64,000 nucleotides of DNA from a virus: positions 14,697 to 78,696 of the IMG/VR virus record IMGVR_UViG_3300020182_000023. The stretch is one strand, 5' to 3'. The notes below the pieces were generated by a model that had not been told where the DNA came from, ran no database searches, and was given only the letters and a program-made list of their open reading frames with translations. Shown here in pieces: positions 47,392 to 56,384 of this stretch; the stretch's first letter is position 1, and the number at the start of each line of letters is the position of its first letter. A program made the translations under genes and the position numbers.

Positions 47392-47646
47392 TATTTTTAT
47401 GCACGAAACTCTTCTTGCTTATCTGGAGTAATGCCGAATTTTAGAAGTCTAGCTAAATATGCAGCTTCAGTATCATACTCTTCGCAAGTCCAATATGAAT
47501 CCTCAAATGTGGTTAGTTGATATAAGGCACTATCAAAGTAGTGAGATGGGAAACCATCATCGAAGAAGATTAACCATTTATTTTCAGTTGTTGTTATGTT
47601 TACTATAGCCATAATTTTATTTTTATGCACGAAACTCTTCTTGCTT
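47392..47646. repeat. 29-bp exact direct repeat (47392-47420 and 47618-47646)
   Basis: tatttttatgcacgaaactcttcttgctt twice; gives two adjacent ORFs the same KQEEFRA* ending. Confidence 0.85.
47397..47630 (-). CDS. Small fibre-associated protein
   Basis: Probable start MAIVNITT; ends KQEEFRA. Confidence 0.5.
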   Translation of the reverse strand: MHKNKIMAIVNITTTENKWLIFFDDGFPSHYFDSALYQLTTFEDSYWTCEEYDTEAAYLARLLKFGITPDKQEEFRA

Positions 47647-47838
47647 TAGGTTTTCTTTAGCCCAAGCATTAAATGTTTTATTGTCTCCAATTATTTCAAC
47701 GTTAGCATCTGATGTTGATTGCTTTCCCTCATAGCCTTCTAAAGTGCTATTGTCGTTTAAAATAATAGTTCTGCCGCTTGTCCAGACGTTATCGGCTGGC
47801 GTTGTTCCGTTTGTTTTTATGTATCCGTAATAGTTCAT
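47623..47838 (-). CDS. Small fibre-associated protein
   Basis: MNYYGY...; ends KQEEFRA. Confidence 0.5.
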   Translation of the reverse strand: MNYYGYIKTNGTTPADNVWTSGRTIILNDNSTLEGYEGKQSTSDANVEIIGDNKTFNAWAKENLKQEEFRA

Positions 47839-47847
47839 AGTTTTATT

Positions 47848-48570
47848 TTAATGTGGTACCCATGCGCTTGGCAGGGTGAAGTTGTTTAAAGCAAAATCAA
47901 TAGCATTGCCGCTTGAATCTACCGCTATACTATCTGTGCCTGATTCGTCTAATCTTAAATAAAATTTCGGAGATGCTATTACGTTTGTCGCTAAATCTCC
48001 AGAACCGCTATTATAAAATGCAGATAGTTCCGATGGCGTAGCTTGATGATTGTCATAGTAAGCGATTTCATCTAAAATAACTGGCGACTTGTAATTGTTG
48101 TTAGACGCATAACCTATTCTTGTAGTGTTTGGCATTGTCCCATAGCCACCCGCGCCTCTATTAGATAAGGTCACGCCATTTAGATTGCATATGAATCCAG
48201 TTGACCCTGAGTTCGTTTTCAATCCAGTAATAGCAACGTGATTCCATTGATTTGCGGTAGGCTGTGTTTGAGCGCCAAACCCAATGCTATTAGATGAGAA
48301 ATTAACTGTTATTCCAGAGTAAAGTCCCCTAGAACTATTAGCAGTACCAATTACCATACTTTGACCAATTGTAGACTTCAAATTGATAAAATGCAAAAAA
48401 GTATTAATGTCGCCTTGTAGATAAAACCAAAACGATATTGTAAAATAATTACTTGTATCATATAAAGTATTGTCGTTTGAATCGCTCAAATGGTCGTTTA
48501 CCCCGTCAAAGTCCAAAGCATTACCAAAGGAAAAAGAGGGTGTTCCTGATTCTATTCTTATATATTTCAT
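47848..48570 (-). CDS. LamG/concanavalin-A-like receptor-binding protein
   Basis: NALDFDGVND, FTISFW, QWNHVAIT, LDEIAYY, YNSG.G, AVDSSGN. Confidence 0.75.
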   Translation of the reverse strand: MKYIRIESGTPSFSFGNALDFDGVNDHLSDSNDNTLYDTSNYFTISFWFYLQGDINTFLHFINLKSTIGQSMVIGTANSSRGLYSGITVNFSSNSIGFGAQTQPTANQWNHVAITGLKTNSGSTGFICNLNGVTLSNRGAGGYGTMPNTTRIGYASNNNYKSPVILDEIAYYDNHQATPSELSAFYNSGSGDLATNVIASPKFYLRLDESGTDSIAVDSSGNAIDFALNNFTLPSAWVPH

Positions 48571-48896
48571 TAAGCTAAGTTTCTAATTCCTGTTAATAAA
48601 ATACTTAAATTCTCGCAGCTTGAATTACTTGAAACTGTTATTTCTACGTTGTCCCCAATTGATACAGCGTTGTCTGTTGTATATCCGTAGTATTGCATAG
48701 TCTCCTTTTAATTTAAAATGAACCAATCACTACTTAATGACTGAGTTTCTTTTAGCCTATCTGATGAATAGCTAAAATGTTTAATAATATAATACTTATT
48801 TTCTGTAGGATGTTTTGTTGGGTTACTCCAATTATCACCTTTAAAGTAACCTTCTGATAAAGGTACGGTTTCATCATAATCTTTACATTCATCTGG
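48570..48896 (-). pseudogene. Gene fragments at the module junction
   Basis: Headless frame PDECKDYDE..KHP...LSSDWF (48708-48896) and 42-aa apparent fusion MQYYGY+TTDNAVSIGDNVEITVSSNSSC (48570-48698). Confidence 0.5.
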
Positions 48897-50033
48897 TTAA
48901 ATACCCCCATCTGTAATTGCCCAACCTTTTCCAACTAAACTTGCCCTTGCTGTTGAACTTGCTGCCGTATATTTAGCCGTTCCAAAACTTATATTTATTG
49001 GAGTTTGGACTGGTCTAGAATCCCAACCATTATAGATAGCATCTAGGTTAGCTGCGCTAAAGGTAGAAGGAGTTTTAGTGCCCATAAAATTTACAAAATC
49101 CGTGACATTCGAAACATTCCAACTTCCTAAATTTTGGTCAAATGCTGGTGCATTATCAAACATCCAAAACATATTAGTAACGCTACTTACATCCCACCCA
49201 CCTATATTACTGTTGAAATTATTGCAACGGCGAAACATTTGACTCATATTTAACGCACTTGTAGGAGTCCAACTTGATATATTACCATTGAAATTAGTAC
49301 ATTGCTGAAACATCCGTTCAAATGTGGTAACGTTGCTAACATTCCAAGAATTTAAATTTTGATTAAATGAAGAGCAACCAAAAAACATATATCTAGTATC
49401 CGTTGCACTAGCCATATTCCAAGAATCCAAAGGCTGGTTAAAAGAAGAGGCGCCATTAAACATACTTACGAAAAAAGTAACGTTGGAGACATCCCAGCTG
49501 GTAATATTACCGTTAAACGAAGAGCAATTGAAGAATGTTCCATTGAGATTAGTCATATTACTGACATCCCAATTATTCATATCTACATTCAAACTGGAAC
49601 AACCATTAAAAGTATTGGGTAAAGATGTAAGAGTTCCTAAATTTGGAGCATCAGTAAAGCCACCCGTAAAATTGGCGCATCCACGAAACGAACTAGTCAT
49701 GAACTCAAAAACATTATCTCCCCATTGGTCAATTGTAATGAGTTTTAATTTGTCTCCGCCATTATTAAAATAAAACCCGCCAAATGAACCAGATATAGTT
49801 ATTTGATATGTTCCACCGCTTGCGTATGTATGTGAAACGTTTCCTGCTGCTGCTGCGCTAAAATTTCCATCACCCCAATCAACAATTGCCGCATAAGTTC
49901 CAGTACCAGAAAAAGGAATTACCATCGTGTCTGGTGCAGAGCCTGCTCGCGTAGTATCAACGGTCATTTTAAATAAAGTAAGGTCTACTCCACCTCCAGC
50001 CGCTTGGCTATAAATTCCTAATCTTCCGCTCAT
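48897..50033 (-). CDS. PKD + BspA/DUF285 repeat protein
   Basis: VDWGDG..HTYA..GTY.ITI; repeated FN..L..WDVSNVT.M..MF units. Confidence 0.85.
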   Translation of the reverse strand: MSGRLGIYSQAAGGGVDLTLFKMTVDTTRAGSAPDTMVIPFSGTGTYAAIVDWGDGNFSAAAAGNVSHTYASGGTYQITISGSFGGFYFNNGGDKLKLITIDQWGDNVFEFMTSSFRGCANFTGGFTDAPNLGTLTSLPNTFNGCSSLNVDMNNWDVSNMTNLNGTFFNCSSFNGNITSWDVSNVTFFVSMFNGASSFNQPLDSWNMASATDTRYMFFGCSSFNQNLNSWNVSNVTTFERMFQQCTNFNGNISSWTPTSALNMSQMFRRCNNFNSNIGGWDVSSVTNMFWMFDNAPAFDQNLGSWNVSNVTDFVNFMGTKTPSTFSAANLDAIYNGWDSRPVQTPINISFGTAKYTAASSTARASLVGKGWAITDGGI

Positions 50034-50034
50034 T

Positions 50035-51018
50035 TTACGCTTTTAAAGTTCCTATCAATCTCCAAGTATTCGCAGCCGTTTTCTTTAAAACTGAACCGCT
50101 AAAAACCCCGTCTAGTTTTAAATTCCCGTCCTTGCTTTCAATCGTTTGACTTCCACTACCGATAAAACTAACGTCGTTCGTTAAGTCAATCGGTGAAAAC
50201 TCGAACTCCGTACCTACTGCAAAATCTCCATTCGCTGTATCTGTTACGGTTATAACTACCGCTCCTCCCGTTGCGTCAACGTCATAAAATGTATTTGGGT
50301 CTAAAGCCTCTAAATTAGCCGAAGCACTTATTGCTGTTCCAACGGGTCTATAAACTCTTGCGCTTTGGTCGCCCAATAATGAACTTTCAAGAGTTAAAGT
50401 GTTACTCATTGTGACTGGTGAAGAAAAAGTTTTATTTCCTGAAATCGTTTGAGAACCACTTAACAACCAAATTCTATTTCCAGCCTCTGCAATATCTTGA
50501 GCGTCTAGTACAACAACTCCAGTATCTCCGTTCACACTTGTAACGGGTGCAGTTGGATAACTTAATTCTGTCCAACCTCCAATAACTGAAGGGTCATTTC
50601 CCGTTATAATAAAATTCGTTCCCGTATCTGTTCTAACGCACCAATCACCCTTCTCACCACTTAACAAAAGCATAGCTGTTTGGTCGGCTGCCGTTCCTAA
50701 ATATTCGCTAATTGCTATGTCTGGAATTTGTGCGCTTGGTATTTTTGAATCTGATCCAAGTGAAGCGTAACCATTTGCTGCGCCTTTATTTGCAGATTGC
50801 TCAGCCGTTGATATTAGTGTTTTTTCTGCCGTTGTTACAAATAGCTTTAGCGCACCTTCTGTAATATCGTCTGAATCGTCTGTTAAAGTGATTAAACCAG
50901 AATCAATCATATTCGTTAAACCTTCCCTAAGTTTAGCGGGTGTTATAAACTCAGTTGCATTATTAGGAAATAATACAAGCAAGTTAGATAGTAGTGTTGT
51001 TCTTGTTTGTTGTGCCAT
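50035..51018 (-). CDS. Tail fibre protein
   Basis: FPNN....ITPAKLR, KGAANGYASL, VTSVNG.TGVVVL, QTISGNKTF, NTW.LIG.L. Confidence 0.75.
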   Translation of the reverse strand: MAQQTRTTLLSNLLVLFPNNATEFITPAKLREGLTNMIDSGLITLTDDSDDITEGALKLFVTTAEKTLISTAEQSANKGAANGYASLGSDSKIPSAQIPDIAISEYLGTAADQTAMLLLSGEKGDWCVRTDTGTNFIITGNDPSVIGGWTELSYPTAPVTSVNGDTGVVVLDAQDIAEAGNRIWLLSGSQTISGNKTFSSPVTMSNTLTLESSLLGDQSARVYRPVGTAISASANLEALDPNTFYDVDATGGAVVITVTDTANGDFAVGTEFEFSPIDLTNDVSFIGSGSQTIESKDGNLKLDGVFSGSVLKKTAANTWRLIGTLKA

Positions 51019-51935
51019 TATGAATATTTTTTATCTCGATTATTAAACTTGTCAATGAAGTTAAGTTCTAAAAGTAGTTCTGGCCTTTTGTTTGCGTAGC
51101 TAGGTGAATACTCCCCGTTTATTTCTACGTTCTTTTCAACATAACTACCTGAATTGTTTTCGCTGTTGTAGTCTGTTATCCAAATGTCGTCGGCTTGTAG
51201 AATATCATAAACCACTATCTCTGCTAATTCATTTGGTAAATAGCGCATTTCTAACTTATATTCTTCTCTAAAGTTCTTTTTGTAGCTGACTTCTTTGCCG
51301 CTATCGTAAAGAGTAGATTCAGTAGTAAACGGTGCTTTCTTATAACCAAAGATTGAATTTGAATATCTTATTTGGTTAAGCCATTCCATACCTACAAAGT
51401 CCCTAGTTTCTTCTGAATTGTAATCTCCTATAACGCTATTCCATAGCCAAGTAATTCTAACCGTTTGGTCAGCCATTAAGCTAGTGTAAGGACTTAAACA
51501 ATATTCATAAGAATACTTTGAAGCAGTACCAGCGTCAAAATGTATGCGATATTTTCCAGGACCAAATCCGGAAACCGATTCGTCAAGTACCTTTCTCCAT
51601 TGTATCTTATAGCCAACATAGTTATTATTATCAACCGTTCTAAAGCCTAAAGCGTAGAATGTTCCATAAGTATTATTTGACAAAGTAGCCTTATCAACCC
51701 ATACTCCATCCTCCGCTTTTTGGAGTTTCATTGTAACTGAACTATAATTGATAGGAAAGATTTGCAGACTACTTGAATAATCATTTTTGTAAATATCGCT
51801 GTCCGAAGTGTCTGCAAATACCTTTAAGTCATAGCAGCATTTTTTAAATGGGTTTGAGTCAATAGGGATGATTGGATCGGGTGTTATTTCCGATAATACT
51901 ACAATGTTTTGTTTTGTTACTTCTCCCCAGCTCAT
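51018..51935 (-). CDS. Siphovirus tail/baseplate protein
   Basis: 305 aa, position in the tail operon. Confidence 0.5.
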   Translation of the reverse strand: MSWGEVTKQNIVVLSEITPDPIIPIDSNPFKKCCYDLKVFADTSDSDIYKNDYSSSLQIFPINYSSVTMKLQKAEDGVWVDKATLSNNTYGTFYALGFRTVDNNNYVGYKIQWRKVLDESVSGFGPGKYRIHFDAGTASKYSYEYCLSPYTSLMADQTVRITWLWNSVIGDYNSEETRDFVGMEWLNQIRYSNSIFGYKKAPFTTESTLYDSGKEVSYKKNFREEYKLEMRYLPNELAEIVVYDILQADDIWITDYNSENNSGSYVEKNVEINGEYSPSYANKRPELLLELNFIDKFNNRDKKYS

Positions 51936-51955
51936 ATTACAAAATTAATCATTTA

Positions 51956-54298
51956 CTAAACGTTTTTTTGCATTATTGAACCGCTGATTGTAAACGCTCG
52001 AACTCCTTTCGGTAATTTACTGGCGTCAATCTCAAATTCACCAGTAAAAACCTTACCTACTAAACTAATATCAATCAACCCATTTGCCGAAGTAAATAAA
52101 GAAACAGCGTCGCGATTCCAAACACTTGAGAAACTTTCAGAAGTTATGTATGTACCTCCTTCAACTGGAATAATACGAGCAACCATAAACACATCCGAAG
52201 CACCGAAGGTTAAAGTTGGGTTATATTCAAAACTCATTTTTACCGTTGTGTTTCTTTTGTCAAAAGCATAAGGCTGACCGCTTACCGTTAGATTAGTTGC
52301 ACCGTCGTATATCTCAATAGTTTCATTTATCCAATCTGGGTTAGCTTCGTAGTCCTTCTCTATTAACTCAAAATCATTATCTATTACCTTTACAGTATTT
52401 TGCGTTTCAACTTCAATAGATAAGCGGTAGTAAGTAGCCCAGCCTGTTAGTTGTGCAATTCTTACCCAGTTATTATTATAGCCGTTAAATTGTTCTGCTG
52501 TGTCTAACCAATCAGCAGGTAAGGTTGCTATGTTTAAAGACTCCCAGTATTCCCAACGATACATTAAAGGGTATTGGAATCTGTACGCGAAAACGGGCGC
52601 AGCGTCTTGTCCGATATCTCTAAATGCTTTTATTTCCTTTCTTATTTCAGAAGCACTTACATTCAATGAATTTTGAGATACTTGATTAATGTAGCGAATA
52701 GTACCAACGTCGGTTAATTGGCTAAAGTCTAACTCTTGGTCTAATATAACAGCTTCCTCTCCCGTCTTTTTAGCCACTATTTGCAGGTTTACTTTATTAA
52801 TTTGTAAGTCTGTAAATGTAGCTTGGTTAACTTTTACTAGGCTATACATTGTCAGCTCGTCCTCAACCTTAACAATTCCAGAAGTATTTACAAATGTGTT
52901 GTCGTTTTGATCGTGATAAAGTATTTCGTTTGTAACCGTTAACACATTATCAGGTATCAAAACTTTTATTTGATTAACGTCAACTAACAAAGTAGTATAG
53001 TTGGCTAATTCAGCCGTTTGCAAAGAAGAAACACAATAAACAGCAATCGCAAAGTATTTATCTTTGTATGCGTCTATTTTGGCTAATACGTCAGCCCCAA
53101 AATCAATATCAAGGTCGCAAGTAACCGAACCGCCCGGACCAACACCGTTAACTGTTACGGTGTAATCTGTTATTACCTGGAAGCCAGTACCAAACTCTTC
53201 ACCATTTACCGCTCCACCTCCAGGAGTTTGAGCCGCTCTATCAAAACAATAATTCTCTTGCATTAAAGTATTTATGTTCTGATAATCGCTTGAAGCCTCT
53301 GGAAGCATTATAAAATTTAAAGTAGCATGAGCCACGTCATTTAAACCGATATTCTCAATGTCAAATGTTATATTGGTTGTTCCGTACCTATCAATCGTTT
53401 CAATTGAGTTATTGTAGCTTAGATTGGTTACGTTCCAATCTCTATTACCTCCATTGTATTCTTCGTCAAACCAGCCAGTATTGCCTTCTTTGTCGTCAAA
53501 TATTCCTTCTTGATATACGTTAGGGTCTTGTAAGGTTCTGTAACCCCTGAATCTAAAAGTATGTTTTAGGCAGTTATCCCTATCAAAGTATGGTGGTGGT
53601 TGGTTGTCAAGTAGGCTAATTAGTTGTGTATGCTTGTAGAAAGGGTGAATGAAAAAGTCTTGCTCAACTTGAAAAATGTATCTGTAATTATCTCTGTCAG
53701 CGCCTTGAGTAATATTTGCTACCCTTGCTTCACCAATTTGCCAAGATTTGCGGCCTATCGCCTCCATTGAAGTAGCTGAACTTGGAATAGCGGCCAAAGT
53801 ACCGTATTCGTAACGCATTAAATTACCGTCAACCTTTGAAGTAAATGTCGTTGGGTCGTCATTTTCTGGAAGTCCAAAGTCAAAAGTAACGCCTAAACTT
53901 TCTTGATCTAAATTAAGCCTACCAACTAAAGCAGTATCAACTATTAAGTTAGTTGGTACCCCAAGATTATCATAAACACGAATAGACCTGTCGTCTATTT
54001 TTTCTCTGATTATGTAGCTTCTATTGTTAGCAATAACATTAGTATTTTCAATTACTAAAGTATCACCTACATTAAATTCTGCAAACGCATTACCTCTTGA
54101 ATAGTCGGTTATCCAGTCGTTAGTTTTAAAGTTCTGGTCGCCAATATTTATACTTCTGTTGGTTGCTAGTTGTACCCAAGTTTCACACCTTACTTGAAAG
54201 GTTGCAGTCATTTTCTGGAAGATATTACCTTTTAAATAGTCAACATTTCCGGTAACATTTTCGGGTGCAATTTCTCTACTTTCTAAAAATACTCCCAT
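51956..54298 (-). CDS. Siphovirus tail structural protein
   Basis: 780 aa, beta-rich, downstream of tape measure. Confidence 0.5.
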   Translation of the reverse strand: MGVFLESREIAPENVTGNVDYLKGNIFQKMTATFQVRCETWVQLATNRSINIGDQNFKTNDWITDYSRGNAFAEFNVGDTLVIENTNVIANNRSYIIREKIDDRSIRVYDNLGVPTNLIVDTALVGRLNLDQESLGVTFDFGLPENDDPTTFTSKVDGNLMRYEYGTLAAIPSSATSMEAIGRKSWQIGEARVANITQGADRDNYRYIFQVEQDFFIHPFYKHTQLISLLDNQPPPYFDRDNCLKHTFRFRGYRTLQDPNVYQEGIFDDKEGNTGWFDEEYNGGNRDWNVTNLSYNNSIETIDRYGTTNITFDIENIGLNDVAHATLNFIMLPEASSDYQNINTLMQENYCFDRAAQTPGGGAVNGEEFGTGFQVITDYTVTVNGVGPGGSVTCDLDIDFGADVLAKIDAYKDKYFAIAVYCVSSLQTAELANYTTLLVDVNQIKVLIPDNVLTVTNEILYHDQNDNTFVNTSGIVKVEDELTMYSLVKVNQATFTDLQINKVNLQIVAKKTGEEAVILDQELDFSQLTDVGTIRYINQVSQNSLNVSASEIRKEIKAFRDIGQDAAPVFAYRFQYPLMYRWEYWESLNIATLPADWLDTAEQFNGYNNNWVRIAQLTGWATYYRLSIEVETQNTVKVIDNDFELIEKDYEANPDWINETIEIYDGATNLTVSGQPYAFDKRNTTVKMSFEYNPTLTFGASDVFMVARIIPVEGGTYITSESFSSVWNRDAVSLFTSANGLIDISLVGKVFTGEFEIDASKLPKGVRAFTISGSIMQKNV

Positions 54299-54519
54299 TA
54301 TAAAGTGTTGTTATATCGTTTGACTAAATCATTAGTTTCTTGTTGTTGGCTTTCAATCTTGCTTTTAAATTGCAATAATGTTTCTCGCGCTCTTTCCTTT
54401 TCGGATTCTTTTAAGTTGGAAAAATCAAAAGAGTTAATAGCTTCATTCATTATTGCAGTCCCCTCAGTTACTACTTTGCTTAGATTTTTTGATAGTTCTT
54501 TTAATTTTCTTTCGTTCAT
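54298..54519 (-). CDS. Hypothetical protein
   Basis: 73 aa coupled ORF. Confidence 0.5.
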   Translation of the reverse strand: MNERKLKELSKNLSKVVTEGTAIMNEAINSFDFSNLKESEKERARETLLQFKSKIESQQQETNDLVKRYNNTL

Positions 54520-56384
54520 TACCTTCCAATTGGTGAAATAATTGTTTCCTCTATATTGTTAGTATAAAGTTTTTTTTCTTCAATTACAAATTTAGCCAAT
54601 CTATCTTGAGGATTAAACTCAAAACTCAAAACCTTGCAAACCGTACCATTTGACAATTTAACATATCCGTCCTCTTTTACGTTTCTGTAATCTTCTAAGT
54701 TCATTTGAATATTCTCATATTGGTAAATGAACCTTTGTGCGGAATCTTTAGAAGGTGCAAAACTGTTAGACTTATGATAATTGGAATAAATGTACTCAGC
54801 ATTAATTATTATCTCATTTTCATTTGCTAACTTGGTTTTCTCTGGGTCTGCATTAACGTCCAGTAATACTAATTTATCAACTGTAAAAAGGTCTTTTTCT
54901 AGTGCCAACATTCCAATTCGGTTTTCGATAACGTCGTCTGTTGGTGGTGACTTTATCTCTTCTGGTCTTGGTGGCTCAAAAGGAATATCAATGCCAATAG
55001 TCTTTAGCTTTTTTATTATGTTTTCAATAAAATCTAACGCCTTGTTAATAACTTTTATAGCTCCATTTCCAGCTTTTACAAGAGTACCTAAAGGACCGGC
55101 TATAATTTTATAAAGTCCGCTAACCGCTTTTTCTGGGCCTGTTAAAGTTTTCTTTTTAATACCTCTTGCGAATCTTGATTGTCTTTGCTCAAAACCTTTA
55201 AGCAAGTAAAATAGCTTATTGCTTGGTTTTTTAATGTAGGATAAACTCACTTGAACGTTGTTGCCTTGCCAAGTATTTATAGTGTTTTTGTCGGTAACGT
55301 CATAACTAAACGAGATATTGTAGTTGCTTATAATCTCGTTTGCGTTTGTTTCAAAGGCTGTATTTCTTACTGGTGGTAGTTTGAATCTTGAACCAACTAC
55401 CGTATCATTGTCTAGCACTATTTGTAAATTAGTCCCGTTAATACGAACCCTTACATTTAACAATGTTCTCAATTCTCTAATCAAGTCTCCAAATGTCCCC
55501 TTATAAAACCCTGTCTGGTCATTGTTTGGGCTAGCTTTAAAGAATCCTAATATCCTATCGTCTGTTTGATTTTCAATGTTACTGAATGAAGCCGGTATAA
55601 TGTGTGCCTTTTTCCAAACAGCATTATTTAATAACGGTGAAGAATAACTTAGTCCTAATTGATCACAAGCTATTTCAAAATGCCTATTGATTGACATAGC
55701 TGGTTTGTACTTAATTTTTTGAATAATCAAATCAACCAAATCAAGTATCAATTTGATCAATGCAACTATTAAAGTAATGGTATAAAGTATTTCAGCGATT
55801 AGTTTTAATATACCTCCAACGCTATCAATTACAGAACTACTTTCTCCCGTTGCTTCTGCAATCATTATAACTTGCTTTGTCAAAGCGTCAAAAACAAATG
55901 TAGTGGTTAGGCTGATCAACATTAATTCCGTATAGTTTGGAATGCTTGTTAAAACATAAGGAACATAAACAAAGTCAGAATCTTTTATAATTTTCTTATC
56001 AAATAAATCATAAAAATCTATACCGTCAGCCACTCCACTATCTAACCAATCAATTGAGGCTTTTGGAACAGAATCAACTACGCATAAGTCTTGCTCAAAA
56101 CGTGCTGTTTGCAAGTCAATGTAACCGTCAAAGATTGTAAGTTTTAGCCCGTTTTCAACTAATTCTATCTTGTGGGCTAGTCCAGCAGTTACACCAGTAT
56201 CTCCCGTCATTCCAGCGTCAAAATAAGACCTTAACAATGAAGCCTCATAATCTATCCACTCAAATCTTTTAATGCTAGTGGCTTGGTCTAACCCGTCACT
56301 ATCTCTCTGTACTTGTAGATAAAGGTCTGGAAAGTTTACTGGCTTTTGAACCTGTACGCCTTTTATGTAGTGAATTTGTTGCAT
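54519..56384 (-). CDS. Tail-tip/hub-like protein with hydrophobic helices
   Basis: 621 aa immediately after tape measure; two hydrophobic helical stretches. Confidence 0.5.
   Translation of the reverse strand: MQQIHYIKGVQVQKPVNFPDLYLQVQRDSDGLDQATSIKRFEWIDYEASLLRSYFDAGMTGDTGVTAGLAHKIELVENGLKLTIFDGYIDLQTARFEQDLCVVDSVPKASIDWLDSGVADGIDFYDLFDKKIIKDSDFVYVPYVLTSIPNYTELMLISLTTTFVFDALTKQVIMIAEATGESSSVIDSVGGILKLIAEILYTITLIVALIKLILDLVDLIIQKIKYKPAMSINRHFEIACDQLGLSYSSPLLNNAVWKKAHIIPASFSNIENQTDDRILGFFKASPNNDQTGFYKGTFGDLIRELRTLLNVRVRINGTNLQIVLDNDTVVGSRFKLPPVRNTAFETNANEIISNYNISFSYDVTDKNTINTWQGNNVQVSLSYIKKPSNKLFYLLKGFEQRQSRFARGIKKKTLTGPEKAVSGLYKIIAGPLGTLVKAGNGAIKVINKALDFIENIIKKLKTIGIDIPFEPPRPEEIKSPPTDDVIENRIGMLALEKDLFTVDKLVLLDVNADPEKTKLANENEIIINAEYIYSNYHKSNSFAPSKDSAQRFIYQYENIQMNLEDYRNVKEDGYVKLSNGTVCKVLSFEFNPQDRLAKFVIEEKKLYTNNIEETIISPIGR

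Noticed and set aside
48752-48934. 60-aa ORF in the track
   Set aside because: An alternative frame over the same bases (PDECKDY...SDWF) looks more protein-like, so the listed frame is probably spurious.
47392-51018. Diversity-generating retroelement or invertase shufflon at the fibre locus
   Set aside because: No reverse transcriptase, no template/variable repeat pair, and no invertase or inverted repeats seen.
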